A stretch of 64,000 nucleotides of DNA from Planctomycetota bacterium. GTDB lineage: Bacteria; Planctomycetota; UBA1135; UBA2386. A model generated the notes under the pieces. The model saw only the letters and a program-made list of their open reading frames with translations. It did no database searches and had not been told where the DNA came from. The stretch spans positions 1,549,637-1,613,636 of the forward strand of contig CBDFNI010000010.1 in the NCBI GenBank assembly GCA_965250175.1, in the 5' to 3' direction. Each line of letters opens with the position of its first letter. The stretch's first letter is position 1. The position numbers and the translations under genes are program-made. This document shows, piece after piece, positions 9,586 through 19,053 of this stretch.

Positions 9586-11715
9586 CTAAACGTGATCTTC
9601 CAGGATCTTCTCAGCAATGGATGCCGGCACTGGCTCGTAAGAGCAAGGCTCCATGCTGTAGTGGCCACGGCCCTGAGTGGTCGACCGCAGGGTGGTTGAA
9701 TACTGGAACATCTCTGAGAGAGGCACCTTGCCCTTCACGGAAGTCAGGCCATCGGGCTTGGTGACCATGTCTTCAATGATGCCGCGGCGAGAACTCAGAT
9801 CACCGATCACGTCGCCGGTGTACTGCTCAGGGCTCTCCACCTCGATCTTCATCATCGGCTCCAGCAGTTGGGAATTGCCGTCAATGACCATACGCACCGC
9901 CAGACTACCAGCAGACTCAAAGGCCATGTTACTGGAGTCCACATCGTGGGACTGTCCATCGTAGAGTTCTGCCCTGACCTTGACGAAGGGGAAGCCAAGG
10001 CGGCCACCGGCCTCCAAGGCATGGCGCATGCCTGACTCCACCGAGGAGATGTATTCCCGTGGCACCCGGCCACCGACAATCTTGTCGTCGAAGGTCAGGG
10101 TCTCGGACTCCTCATCAGGCATGAAGCGCACCTTGACCACAGCAAACTGACCAGAACCACCGGTCTGCTTGATGTGCCGGGCTTCCACTTTCTTGGCCGC
10201 CTTCAGAGTTTGCTTGAAGGCAACCTTGGGCTTGCCCACGTTCACGCCGATCTTGAATTCACTGATGATGCGGTTGCAAATCACCTCCAGGTGCAACTCA
10301 CCCATGCCGCTGATCACCATCTGACCAGTTTGATCATCGGTCTTCGCCTTGAAGGTTGGATCCTCGCGCACCAGCTTGGCAATGACCGCCGACAGCTTGT
10401 CGCGGTCGCTGCCGGTCTTGGGCTCCAGGGACATGGAGATCACCGTGTCCGGGAAGTCCATGGCTTCGAAGGAGATGGCGGAGCTCTTCTCACAGATGGT
10501 GTCACCGGTGATGGCATCTTTCAGGCCCACGGCGGCGACAATTTCGCCAGCCTTGGCCACTTCCACCGCCTCACGCTGGTTAGCGTGCATGCGCACCAGG
10601 CGGCCGACCCGCTCTTCACGACCACGACGGCTGTTGTAGTACTTCTCGCCCTGCTTCATCTGCCCGCTGTAGATGCGCAGGAAGGTGAGGTCGCCATTGG
10701 GGTCATTGATGGTCTTGAACACCAGGGCACCCAGGGGCTGATCGAGCCGTGCCGGACGGATAATGGGTTCCTTGGTGTCCGGGTCGATGCCCTCGATGGG
10801 TGGCACTTCGTAGGGCGAAGGCAGATAGTCCAACACTGCATCCAAGGCATTCTGCACGCCCTTGTCCTTGAAGGCTGAGCCAGCCAGGACTGGAGTGATC
10901 TTCAGCGCAATGGTGCCAGCGCGAATGGCTTCCTTGATTTCTTCGATGGTGCCCTCTTCGCCTTCCACGAATTTCTCCAGCAGGGAGTCATTGAACTCGG
11001 CAACCTGCTCCACCATGGTTTCGCGACGAGTCTTGGCCTCGGCAAGCAAAGCTTCCGGCACATCGCTAATGGTGACGTCCTTGGCATCTTCGTCCCAGGT
11101 GTAGGCCTTCATCTCCACCAGGTCGATGACACCCTTGAAGTCCCGCTCAGCACCAATAGGCATCTGAATCGGCACGGCGTTGGCCTTGAGGCGCGCCACC
11201 ATGGTTTCCACGGCGTGGTCAAAGTCGGCGCCGGTGCGATCCATCTTGTTGACGAAGGCAATCCGCGGCACGCTGTAGCGGTTGGCCTGACGCCAAACAG
11301 TTTCGGACTGTGGCTGCACACCAGCCACGCCACAAAACACACCGATGGCGCCGTCGAGCACGCGCAAGGAACGTTCCACCTCGGCGGTGAAGTCCACGTG
11401 ACCGGGAGTATCAATCAAGCTCAGGCGGTAGTCCCTCCAGGTGCAAGTGGTGGCTGCGGAGGTAATGGTAATACCCCGCTTCCGCTCTTCCTCCAGGTAG
11501 TCCATGGTGGCCTCACCATCATGCACTTCGCCAATTTTGTGGCTCCTGCCAGTGATGAAGAGAATGCGCTCGCTCACCGTGGTCTTACCCGCATCAATAT
11601 GGGCAATGATGCCAATGTTGCGGGTCATGCGTAGGAGCTGGTCCTCTTTGGCCTGCTTCTTGTCAGAAGACTTTGCTTTTACTTCTTCGGTCATCGGAAT
11701 CTCTGTGCGGACCAT
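9586..11715 (-). CDS. fusA: Elongation factor G family GTPase (stand-alone paralogue).
   Basis: GTPase motifs [17 protein letters not shown] and NKMD are present, and the length (709 aa) matches full-length EF-G. A Lys-rich N-terminal extension ([21 protein letters not shown]) precedes the G domain. An alternative start is ATG 11694. No rpsG, rpsL or tuf genes are adjacent. Confidence 0.9.
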   Translation of the reverse strand: MVRTEIPMTEEVKAKSSDKKQAKEDQLLRMTRNIGIIAHIDAGKTTVSERILFITGRSHKIGEVHDGEATMDYLEEERKRGITITSAATTCTWRDYRLSLIDTPGHVDFTAEVERSLRVLDGAIGVFCGVAGVQPQSETVWRQANRYSVPRIAFVNKMDRTGADFDHAVETMVARLKANAVPIQMPIGAERDFKGVIDLVEMKAYTWDEDAKDVTISDVPEALLAEAKTRRETMVEQVAEFNDSLLEKFVEGEEGTIEEIKEAIRAGTIALKITPVLAGSAFKDKGVQNALDAVLDYLPSPYEVPPIEGIDPDTKEPIIRPARLDQPLGALVFKTINDPNGDLTFLRIYSGQMKQGEKYYNSRRGREERVGRLVRMHANQREAVEVAKAGEIVAAVGLKDAITGDTICEKSSAISFEAMDFPDTVISMSLEPKTGSDRDKLSAVIAKLVREDPTFKAKTDDQTGQMVISGMGELHLEVICNRIISEFKIGVNVGKPKVAFKQTLKAAKKVEARHIKQTGGSGQFAVVKVRFMPDEESETLTFDDKIVGGRVPREYISSVESGMRHALEAGGRLGFPFVKVRAELYDGQSHDVDSSNMAFESAGSLAVRMVIDGNSQLLEPMMKIEVESPEQYTGDVIGDLSSRRGIIEDMVTKPDGLTSVKGKVPLSEMFQYSTTLRSTTQGRGHYSMEPCSYEPVPASIAEKILEDHV

Positions 11716-12189
11716 GGACCGGTCGCGCCGTCAAATGGATCGGAACCACCCTGTCCTCGCTTCCCAAGCATAGAGGGTCGGTTGCCGTCGTAATGGATAG
11801 GGGTGGGAAGCCCGGTTGGAACACCGGCTTAGGGGGGAAAATTTGGCTCAGGAGAGTAGCCCCACCCCCCCAACAGTCAAGCGGCTCCTGGCCCGCTTTT
11901 CCCACCGCGCTCGTAGGCGAGGGGGCGTAAATCCCGGTGAATACATGGAGAGCGACCGAGCCCCTCGGAGCCAGGCTTGGCTACCTGCCGAGAAGGACGA
12001 CCGAGCTCGACGCAGTAGAGACCTGGATTTACGTCACCGCAGTAGAGAGAGGTAGAGTTTGGCAGAGAGGGGTTGGGAAAGGCGGGCCAGCCCCAGGTCA
12101 GATTCCCTTGCCAAGGCGGCATGCCTCCCAGCCTGCAGTGCCCCCCAGGCAAATCCCGAAAATGCAGGCAAGGCCCTCAGGCCTGCCGC

Positions 12190-13917
12190 ATGCCCATGAT
12201 GACCACCAAACACCTGATCTTCGTCTCCCTCCTGGCCACCGCCAGCCTGCCTGGCCAATCTCGCCTGGGGCCCCAACAGGCCTTATCCCTGCTGAAGGCA
12301 GGAAATGAGCGCTTTGCCGCCGGCGAATCCCAGGCCAAACCCCTGGGCGAAGGCCTGCGCCGCAGCCTGGCCCAGGGCCAAAAGCCCCTGGCCATCGTCC
12401 TCACCTGTGCCGACAGCCGGGTGTCGCCGGAGCACCTCTTCAACGCCGGCCTGGGGGAACTCTTCGTCATCCGCAGCGCCGGGCATACCTGCAGTCCGGA
12501 CAACCTGGCCAGCATCGAATATGCGGTGGACCACCTGGACACCTCCCTGCTGGTGATCCTGGGCCATGACCACTGCGACACCGTGGCCGCTGCCCTGGAA
12601 GGCAAGCAGCAGACCCGAGCCTTCACCGGCATCCTGGAGGAATTGGCTCCGGCCTTGCAGGCCGCCCGCCAGACTGGCTTGACCGGGGATCCATTGGCCC
12701 GTGCGAGTGAGAAGGAAAACGCCCATCATTGTCTTGGGCAGTGCATGCGACAGAGCCCACTGCTGCAGCAGTTGCAGCAGAAGAAAGAATTCCTGGCAGT
12801 GGCTGCCCACTACGACATGGCGACGGGGCTGGTGCAATGGCTGCCCCACCGACCCTTGACCGCAGAGCATGGCCACGGGGAAGAAGCCACACCGCCAGAG
12901 CTGCCAACGAAGGTGCGGGGCATGGCTGCTCACGTAGCATTGCAAAGCCTGCAGGCCGGACACCGCCGCTTCCTGCACCACCACCAGGCAAGCGGCAACA
13001 TCTCGGCGGCCCGTCGACAACAACTCAGCCTGGGCGATCGCCCGGTGGCAATTGTGGTCACCTGCGCCGACTCAAGAGTGCCGCCGGAACACATCTTTGA
13101 CGCCGGTCTGGGCGAACTGACGGTGGTGCGGGTGGCCGGCAATGTGATCAGCCAGGAAGTCCTGGGCAGCATTGAGCATGCGGTGATCAGCAAGGGCGCC
13201 AACCTGTGCATCGTGCTGGGCCATGACCAGTGCGGGGCGGTGGCTGCAGCACTGGAGTCCTCGCAGGATCAACATCACTCCCAGAGCATGCAGCACTTGC
13301 TCAAACAAATGCAGCCAGCAGTGGAACGGGCTCAGCAAATGCATGGCCAGCATGACCACCTTGCCCTGGCGGTAGAGCAGAATGCCCTGCAGTCGGTGGC
13401 GAAGATCCGCACTGGTAGCACGGTGCTGCAACAGCTGGAGGCCAAGGGCATATTCATGGTGTTGCCGGCGGTCTACGAATTGGGCAGTGGTGACATCCGC
13501 TGGCTGAAGGGCGAATGGCAAGGAGAGCAGTTGGCCCACAAGCAAGAACACCAGGACCATGGACAGCAGGACAGTGAGCATGACCATGAAGTGGCTGACC
13601 ACCACGGGCGCGGGCATGCTGACCAACATGGCTCTGACCACCATGCAGGTAACCACCATGCCGACGAACTGGTTGCCGGCTTCCACCCAGCCCCAGCCTT
13701 CGAAAGCTGGCCGCCCGAGTCAGCGGAGCACGAGCATGGGCATGACCACCATGGGCAAACAAAAGAACCCGCCCATCCCGGTCACTGGGTCAATGTCCTC
13801 TGGGCTGGTCTGATCACCACCGCCTGCATGCTCTGGTTCATGTGGCGACGCAACCGGAAAGTAGCCTTCGCTGAACTGGCCGCCCGCGGCAAGGAATTGA
13901 ACCAAGTTAAGCTTTAG
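12190..13917 (+). CDS. Tandem (duplicated) beta-class carbonic anhydrase with an N-terminal signal peptide, a His-rich low-complexity region and a C-terminal transmembrane anchor.
   Basis: ATG 12190 gives MPMMTTKHLIFVSLLATASLPGQS. Two beta-CA cores are present: CADSRVSPEHLF...GHDHCDTV and CADSRVPPEHIF...GHDQCGAV. A His-rich stretch follows (HKQEHQDHGQQDSEHDHEVADHHGRGHADQHGSDHHAGNHHAD...EHEHGHDHHG). The C-terminus then has the hydrophobic segment VNVLWAGLITTACMLWFMWRR. Confidence 0.8.
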   Translation: MPMMTTKHLIFVSLLATASLPGQSRLGPQQALSLLKAGNERFAAGESQAKPLGEGLRRSLAQGQKPLAIVLTCADSRVSPEHLFNAGLGELFVIRSAGHTCSPDNLASIEYAVDHLDTSLLVILGHDHCDTVAAALEGKQQTRAFTGILEELAPALQAARQTGLTGDPLARASEKENAHHCLGQCMRQSPLLQQLQQKKEFLAVAAHYDMATGLVQWLPHRPLTAEHGHGEEATPPELPTKVRGMAAHVALQSLQAGHRRFLHHHQASGNISAARRQQLSLGDRPVAIVVTCADSRVPPEHIFDAGLGELTVVRVAGNVISQEVLGSIEHAVISKGANLCIVLGHDQCGAVAAALESSQDQHHSQSMQHLLKQMQPAVERAQQMHGQHDHLALAVEQNALQSVAKIRTGSTVLQQLEAKGIFMVLPAVYELGSGDIRWLKGEWQGEQLAHKQEHQDHGQQDSEHDHEVADHHGRGHADQHGSDHHAGNHHADELVAGFHPAPAFESWPPESAEHEHGHDHHGQTKEPAHPGHWVNVLWAGLITTACMLWFMWRRNRKVAFAELAARGKELNQVKL

Positions 13918-14411
13918 TCCTCTAGATCCAGTTCGCTCTGGATGATTTCAGCGATCCGCAGCAGGACTGCTCGGTAGCGATCCCGCTTCTGCACCGATTC
14001 CTTGAAGTTCATCACCATGCTTTCCAAGGAAGCCAGAGGATCAATGTTGGCCGTGGCAGTTCGCCCATTTTTTTGCACGACTTCCCGCTCGGGCACTGGC
14101 TGGGATGACACTGGCTGGGATGACACTGGCTGGGATGACACTGGCTGGGATGACACTGGCTGGGATGACACTAACGAGGCAGCCTCGGCGAGCTTCTTCC
14201 GCGCCTTGCTCTTGCTGCCATAAGGAGCGGTGGGAACAAGTTTGAGCAGAGCCTTAGCTCGGCCATAAACCACGGGATAGACCGTCAAACCTTCAAGCTT
14301 GGCTTGCGCTTTGATGTCGGCAAAGCTGGCTTCAGGATTCGCCGACAGCCGCTCTTTGGCGAATTCAATGGGAGTTAGTTTTGGAGATTCCATGGGCACA
14401 AAAGAAGACAT
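13914..14411 (-). CDS. Hypothetical protein containing five perfect tandem SSQPV pentapeptide repeats.
   Basis: 165-aa ORF; the start is ATG 14411 or ATG 14393 (MESPKLTPIEF). The repeat is in frame, and non-repetitive sequence flanks it on both sides. No family was recognised. Confidence 0.55.
   Translation of the reverse strand: MSSFVPMESPKLTPIEFAKERLSANPEASFADIKAQAKLEGLTVYPVVYGRAKALLKLVPTAPYGSKSKARKKLAEAASLVSSQPVSSQPVSSQPVSSQPVSSQPVPEREVVQKNGRTATANIDPLASLESMVMNFKESVQKRDRYRAVLLRIAEIIQSELDLED
14094..14172. repeat. Perfect 15-bp tandem repeat (cactggctgggatga) in 5 full copies plus a partial copy.
   Basis: The units were read directly at 14094-14108, 14109-14123, 14124-14138, 14139-14153 and 14154-14168, followed by a cact partial copy. 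On the minus strand they encode (SSQPV)x5. Confidence 0.95.
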
Positions 14412-14551
14412 GAATTGGTTGAGAGTGGGGGATGGGGCCTGAGATTAATGGCCTGCATGGCAACCTCTCCGACCCTCCTGCGCTCTAGAGAACACAAGGC
14501 CGGCGGATTGTCAACGCCCGCCTGACCGGCGAGGAAGGCTCAGGGCAACCA

Positions 14552-15742
14552 CTAGCGGGGGCGGAAGCCCTCAATCCCCTGTGCAACCCATCGCTTGGTG
14601 AACAGCAGGTGGCGGCCCATGGAACGGCGGCGGCGGAAGCCCAACAAGTGGAACATCTGCACCACAAACCATCGCGCCACAAAACCATTCACCACAACAC
14701 TGTGGGGATCCTCACGGTGTCGACTCACTCCCGGCATGAAGTGCACCAGCTTGTCCAAGCGCATGCGGCGCAGGACAGTGGACAGCCCCAACCAGAACGG
14801 ACGAACTTCGCGGACCAGGAAGAAGCCGTCTTCGCCTTGCCCTTGATAAAGCGGCAACAATACCCGGCAATTCTCAGAGGCTTTGAGCTCGCCAAAGACA
14901 TCATTGGCCAAGACTTCATTCTTGGCGACCTTCTGGAAGTTCGCATAGCCGGGCTGCATCCTGAATCGATGCTCTGGCTTGATCACCTGGCGGTGCCGCA
15001 CCTCCAGGACCGACGGCAATTCAACGGCGGAAGCCTGCAGGGTCTTTCGGAAAGGAGCCAGGTCCACTTGCCCAGCAGGTATTACCCCGGCCGCTGACAT
15101 GGCCAGCCAAACCGCCGCCTGCAGATTCTCTTCCGTGCAAGGATCATCATGCTGACCACCCTCCACAGCCACGGAGACCAGACCACGTTGGTTGAAGAAT
15201 TCCATCACCGCACCATCGATGCATTCCTCCAGACCCAGGATCATGGGAATGGGCAGGGCCTTGGCAATGTGACGGTTGGCCAGAGTGTCACCCAGGCAGG
15301 CGAAGGACGCCCCATAGGCTGAACTGGAATGCAAGTCCATGAACACAACCGGACCCTTGCTCTTCGCCAGGCACTCTTCAAAAATCTCCAACAGCTCACG
15401 CTGTTCATGATCTTCCGCAGTGTCCGAAGCCGGATCCCGCTCCGACAGACCATCCAATTGCTCCCGTAGCCAAGCCCGATTCAAATCCCGATGGATGAAC
15501 CGGCGACTTTCGGACAGAGCCTGCAAGTTGCCGGCAAGGGCAATGAATTTGCCGCAGACTTGAATCTGCCCAGAGCGCAATCCGTCCAACACCTTGCTGA
15601 GGGCTTTGACACCGCCAGGTTCATTGCCGTGCACGCCACCCAGAGCAATGAAGGTGGGGCCAGGAACCTCACAGTCGTAGCGGCCAAGCACCCGACTCAA
15701 TCCTTGTTCTTCTACAGGCATCTGTGGTGCGGTGTGACTCAT
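14552..15742 (-). CDS. Succinylglutamate desuccinylase / aspartoacylase (AstE/AspA) family zinc deacylase.
   Basis: FIALGGVHGNEPGGVKAL is the typical metal-binding HxxE region of this M14-like family. The protein is 396 aa. Its ATG overlaps the upstream stop (ATGA at 15739-15742). Confidence 0.75.
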   Translation of the reverse strand: MSHTAPQMPVEEQGLSRVLGRYDCEVPGPTFIALGGVHGNEPGGVKALSKVLDGLRSGQIQVCGKFIALAGNLQALSESRRFIHRDLNRAWLREQLDGLSERDPASDTAEDHEQRELLEIFEECLAKSKGPVVFMDLHSSSAYGASFACLGDTLANRHIAKALPIPMILGLEECIDGAVMEFFNQRGLVSVAVEGGQHDDPCTEENLQAAVWLAMSAAGVIPAGQVDLAPFRKTLQASAVELPSVLEVRHRQVIKPEHRFRMQPGYANFQKVAKNEVLANDVFGELKASENCRVLLPLYQGQGEDGFFLVREVRPFWLGLSTVLRRMRLDKLVHFMPGVSRHREDPHSVVVNGFVARWFVVQMFHLLGFRRRRSMGRHLLFTKRWVAQGIEGFRPR

Positions 15743-17664
15743 TCCGGACTGGACTCTTTTAGATGCTGCTCAAACAACAAGCTGGAGACGGTGATCAAAT
15801 CGTGCTCGGTGATGATGCCCACCAATTTTTCATTTTCCACCACTGGCAGGCAGCTGACCTTTTCATTTCGCATCAGTTCAATGACTTCCAGGGTGGTGGT
15901 TTCTGGCCCCACCGAAATCACTTCCTTCTTCATAATGTCCTTCACCGCCACATTCTTGGACTCTGGATTACCCAGCCCTTTGCCCAGCAGGCGCAGCAAG
16001 GAACGGTGTGAAACCAGGCCCACCAGCCGACCCTCATGATCTTCCACCGGCACATGACGGATATGCCGCCAATCCATCAGGCTGGCCGCCAGATCCACGA
16101 TGTCCTCCGGGCTTACGGTGAACAGGTCGGTGGTCATGTATTGATTGACCCGCATGTAGCTCTGCCGCCAACCACCGGACTCCGCCAGACTGGCCAGCTC
16201 CCAAAGATGCACCGGCTCTCCCGTCTGCTGCCGGGCCATGGTGGCTGAGGTCAGGGTGCGCATGCGTTCATCCTTGGTGCCCTGATTGCCCATGGCCGCC
16301 AGGGAACGCAGGACCCACTTGGCACCGGTCCTCTTGACCTTGACCCGCTCCTCCAGCACCCCCAGATAGCGGCTGCGGTCTGCCTCGTCGATGTTGGCCT
16401 TCTCCAGACCTGCGTGGGCCAGGGGCAGCAAGCGATCCAGAATCAGCTCGGCCACAGACAACTCTTCGCCATCCAACCAGCTCAATTCCGCCTTCAAACC
16501 ATGCCGGGCGGCGGCCACAAAATTGCCGCGGGCATCGTCGAAGCTCATGCGGCGGGCAATATCCTCCACCTCTTCGCCCATGCCTGACATCAGGCCAAAG
16601 AAGAAGGCGGAAGTCGCCATCTCGTCGATGAGGGAAGGCCCAGCCGGCAGCACCCGGTTCTCAATGCGCAGGTGCGGCTTGCCATCACTGATGCCATAGC
16701 AGGGGCGGTTCCAGCGATACACCGTGCCATTGTGCAGCCGCAAGGCAGGCAGGGTCGGTACCCCACCCTTGGCCAGTACGTCAAGGGCATCCTCTCCGGT
16801 ATCAGCGGCGATGATGGTGCGGAAGCGAGCCACGTCCTCCTTAAAGATCTCCAGCACCGAATCTTTCACCCAATCATCGCCAAAGCTGACCCGCGGCCGG
16901 CCGCCTCGGGCCTGGTGCGAATCCGAGCGGGAATCCACGGACTGCTGGAACAATGCCACCCGGGTCTCCTTCCACAGTCGCTGTCCCAATAAAAGCGGCG
17001 AGTTCACCGCCGTGGCCAGCACCGGCGCGGTGATCAACTGGGCCAGATTGTAGAGCCGGGCAAACTCGCCCGGGCTCACCTGGAAGTGCACCTGGAAGCT
17101 GGTGTTGCAGGCCTCCAACATGACATTGTCATGGGTGGTCTCCAGCTCATCCACGCCCTTCAAAGCCAGATTGAAGCGCCCACCCCGGAGCCCGGTCATC
17201 ACTTCGTTGAGCTGCAGATAACGCTCATTCTGGGTCATGTTGGCGATGCTCAGGTCGGACTTTCGCAGGCTGGGCAAGATGCCCAGCATGACCACCTGGC
17301 AGTTCTCCGCCGCTGCCGCCTCCTTGGCCCTGTTGACCATGGAGATCAGCTCATTTTCCATACGACGCAGGCAATCGCCGCCGTAGACCTGCGGCGAGAG
17401 GTTGGCCTCCAGATTGAACTGAGCCAATTCAGTGGTGTAGTTGTGACCCTTCAGACGCTGCAGAATGGGGCCAGCCTTGCAGGCCGGGCGGCCATGCGCG
17501 TCCACCAGGAACATCTCCTGCTCCGCCCCGATGCGACGCTTGTCAGCCTCCAACATGCCCTGATCCAACATGGTCTCCAGGGCCTGGACATCGGCCAGAA
17601 GCGACTTCATGAAGGCCCGGAGTTGCTCTTGGTCTACAGCCTTGGAAATACGGTTTTCGCCCAT
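15739..17664 (-). CDS. Glutamate-cysteine-ligase family 2 (carboxylate-amine ligase, YbdK-like) fused to a C-terminal CBS pair.
   Basis: The N-terminal ~480 aa has GCS2-type segments: RIGAEQEMFLVD, TTELAQFNLE, NTSFQVHFQV, RIENRVLPAGPS. The C-terminal ~130 aa has two CBS-like units: MTTDLFTVSPEDIV...VPVEDHEGRLVGLVSHRSLLRLL and IMKKEVISVGPETT...LPVVENEKLVGIITEHDLI. Confidence 0.8.
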   Translation of the reverse strand: MGENRISKAVDQEQLRAFMKSLLADVQALETMLDQGMLEADKRRIGAEQEMFLVDAHGRPACKAGPILQRLKGHNYTTELAQFNLEANLSPQVYGGDCLRRMENELISMVNRAKEAAAAENCQVVMLGILPSLRKSDLSIANMTQNERYLQLNEVMTGLRGGRFNLALKGVDELETTHDNVMLEACNTSFQVHFQVSPGEFARLYNLAQLITAPVLATAVNSPLLLGQRLWKETRVALFQQSVDSRSDSHQARGGRPRVSFGDDWVKDSVLEIFKEDVARFRTIIAADTGEDALDVLAKGGVPTLPALRLHNGTVYRWNRPCYGISDGKPHLRIENRVLPAGPSLIDEMATSAFFFGLMSGMGEEVEDIARRMSFDDARGNFVAAARHGLKAELSWLDGEELSVAELILDRLLPLAHAGLEKANIDEADRSRYLGVLEERVKVKRTGAKWVLRSLAAMGNQGTKDERMRTLTSATMARQQTGEPVHLWELASLAESGGWRQSYMRVNQYMTTDLFTVSPEDIVDLAASLMDWRHIRHVPVEDHEGRLVGLVSHRSLLRLLGKGLGNPESKNVAVKDIMKKEVISVGPETTTLEVIELMRNEKVSCLPVVENEKLVGIITEHDLITVSSLLFEQHLKESSPE

Positions 17665-17670
17665 GGGGTT

Positions 17671-19053
17671 TCAGTCGCGGAGGTGAGGAGGGGCTCCTGA
17701 GCGTAGCAAACCCGGGTCGGAAGCCATAGAACCTTGCCGACTCTGGGTCAGGGCCCAGGCAAAGCCCAAGTAGAAGGGCAGGTACTCCAGGGCCTTCAGC
17801 GCCAGACTCTCACCCTCCCCGGCGCTTCCCCTACCAGCGTAGGCCAGATAGATGCTGGCCCCGAACAGGAGCCAACCCGGGTTGGGATAGATGCACAGGA
17901 AGGGCATGAGCAGGGCCAGATACCAGGGGTGCATGGTGGGTGTGCAGGCGACGAAAAACAGGAAGAAGCCCGCCCCCACCTTGTGCAGGGGCCATCGCTG
18001 CCGGTAGGCCCAGGCCAGCAGGGCCAGTCCCAGCAATACCACCGGGATCTTGGCCACCACGTGCGGGTAGTGGCGGAACTGCATGCCAAACAGGGACAGG
18101 TGACGGCCGGTGAGACCATCCACCCAGTCGGTGGCCAGGGCAGAGCCCGCCCGCAGCAGATGGAACAGGCTGTCATTGCCAAACCAGCGCTCCCCATACT
18201 GCAGGGTCCCTTGCCACATGTTGGCATGCAGCAGCGGCCAGTAGAGCCCAAGCAAGACGGCAGCAAAGGGGATGACCAGTTTGGGCCAGCGCCGCAGCAT
18301 GAAGGGCAGCAACACCGCCGGCAGCAACTTGCTGGCGGTGGCCAGGGCCAACCAGGCGCCGGCGGTATAGGGCCGCAGGCATTGAAAAGCCCACAAGGCC
18401 AGCAGCATGCACAGCACAGCCAGACTGTCACTGTGCCCTTCGCCGGCGAACTCCAACACCATCAGCGGACAGAAGCCATAGACGATGGCGCGGGCGCTGG
18501 GCAGACCGATCTTCGGCAACCAGAACCAGAGCAGCAGGAACACGCAGAGATCGAAAAAGCCAAAGAGCAACTTCATGCCCAGGGGGCTGTGCTGCAACAA
18601 GACCCCCAGAGCCAAGGCGTACTGGGTGGTCGGCGGGTAGGCAGCCGGCACTTCTTTGTGGTTGATGAGCTGCCAGTATTCGGGGTGGCGCAATTCCTCC
18701 GACACATCCGCCGGCGCCACGCTGTAGGGATTCTCCCCCTGCAGCAGCATGTTGCCTTCGTGCATGTAGCGGTAGACATCATCGGAGAGCGAGGGAGTCA
18801 GGGGCAGGACCAACAGTCGCAAGATGATGGCCAGCAACAGGGCGCCGCACAGGGAAGGTCGATAGTTGCCCCGCAGCATTTGCCAGACCAGTGCCAGCCA
18901 GCCCAAACTGGCCAGAGCATGACAGCTCGCAGCCAGGGCAAAGTTCTCCGCCCGGGAACCTTCGGCCCACAGTTCGGTGGCCCACAGTTCAATGGCCCAA
19001 TGCCCAGCCAGCCCCAACAACAGGCAGAGCTTCCACAGGTGCAGCAAGCTCAC
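17671..19053 (-). CDS. Polytopic GT-C-type glycosyltransferase (DUF2029 / PIG-M-like mannosyltransferase family).
   Basis: 460 aa with many hydrophobic segments. The first-loop motif SDDVYRYMHEGNMLLQGENPY is typical of this family. The GTG start overlaps the upstream stop (GTGA at 19050-19053). Confidence 0.7.
   Translation of the reverse strand: MSLLHLWKLCLLLGLAGHWAIELWATELWAEGSRAENFALAASCHALASLGWLALVWQMLRGNYRPSLCGALLLAIILRLLVLPLTPSLSDDVYRYMHEGNMLLQGENPYSVAPADVSEELRHPEYWQLINHKEVPAAYPPTTQYALALGVLLQHSPLGMKLLFGFFDLCVFLLLWFWLPKIGLPSARAIVYGFCPLMVLEFAGEGHSDSLAVLCMLLALWAFQCLRPYTAGAWLALATASKLLPAVLLPFMLRRWPKLVIPFAAVLLGLYWPLLHANMWQGTLQYGERWFGNDSLFHLLRAGSALATDWVDGLTGRHLSLFGMQFRHYPHVVAKIPVVLLGLALLAWAYRQRWPLHKVGAGFFLFFVACTPTMHPWYLALLMPFLCIYPNPGWLLFGASIYLAYAGRGSAGEGESLALKALEYLPFYLGFAWALTQSRQGSMASDPGLLRSGAPPHLRD

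Noticed and set aside
11716-12189. A possible tmRNA or other ncRNA, because the region contains GGGGGCG (about 11921), which would be complementary to the orphan acceptor-like CGCCCCC at 4524-4530.
   Set aside because: No tRNA-like 3' end (T arm plus CCA), no resume codon or tag ORF, and no pseudoknot pattern follows it. The two pieces are 7 kb apart. I treated it as an intergenic leader of unknown function.
13537-13790. A His/Asp-rich low-complexity stretch that could be non-coding or a frameshift artefact at the end of the carbonic anhydrase gene.
   Set aside because: It is in frame and is followed by a well-formed hydrophobic anchor and a basic stop-transfer sequence (RRNRK). I kept it as part of the CDS and reported it as an architectural oddity instead.
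14094-14172. A short repeat array that might look like a CRISPR or minisatellite.
   Set aside because: The units are contiguous with no spacers, only 15 bp long, and in frame within a CDS. This is a coding tandem repeat, not a CRISPR.
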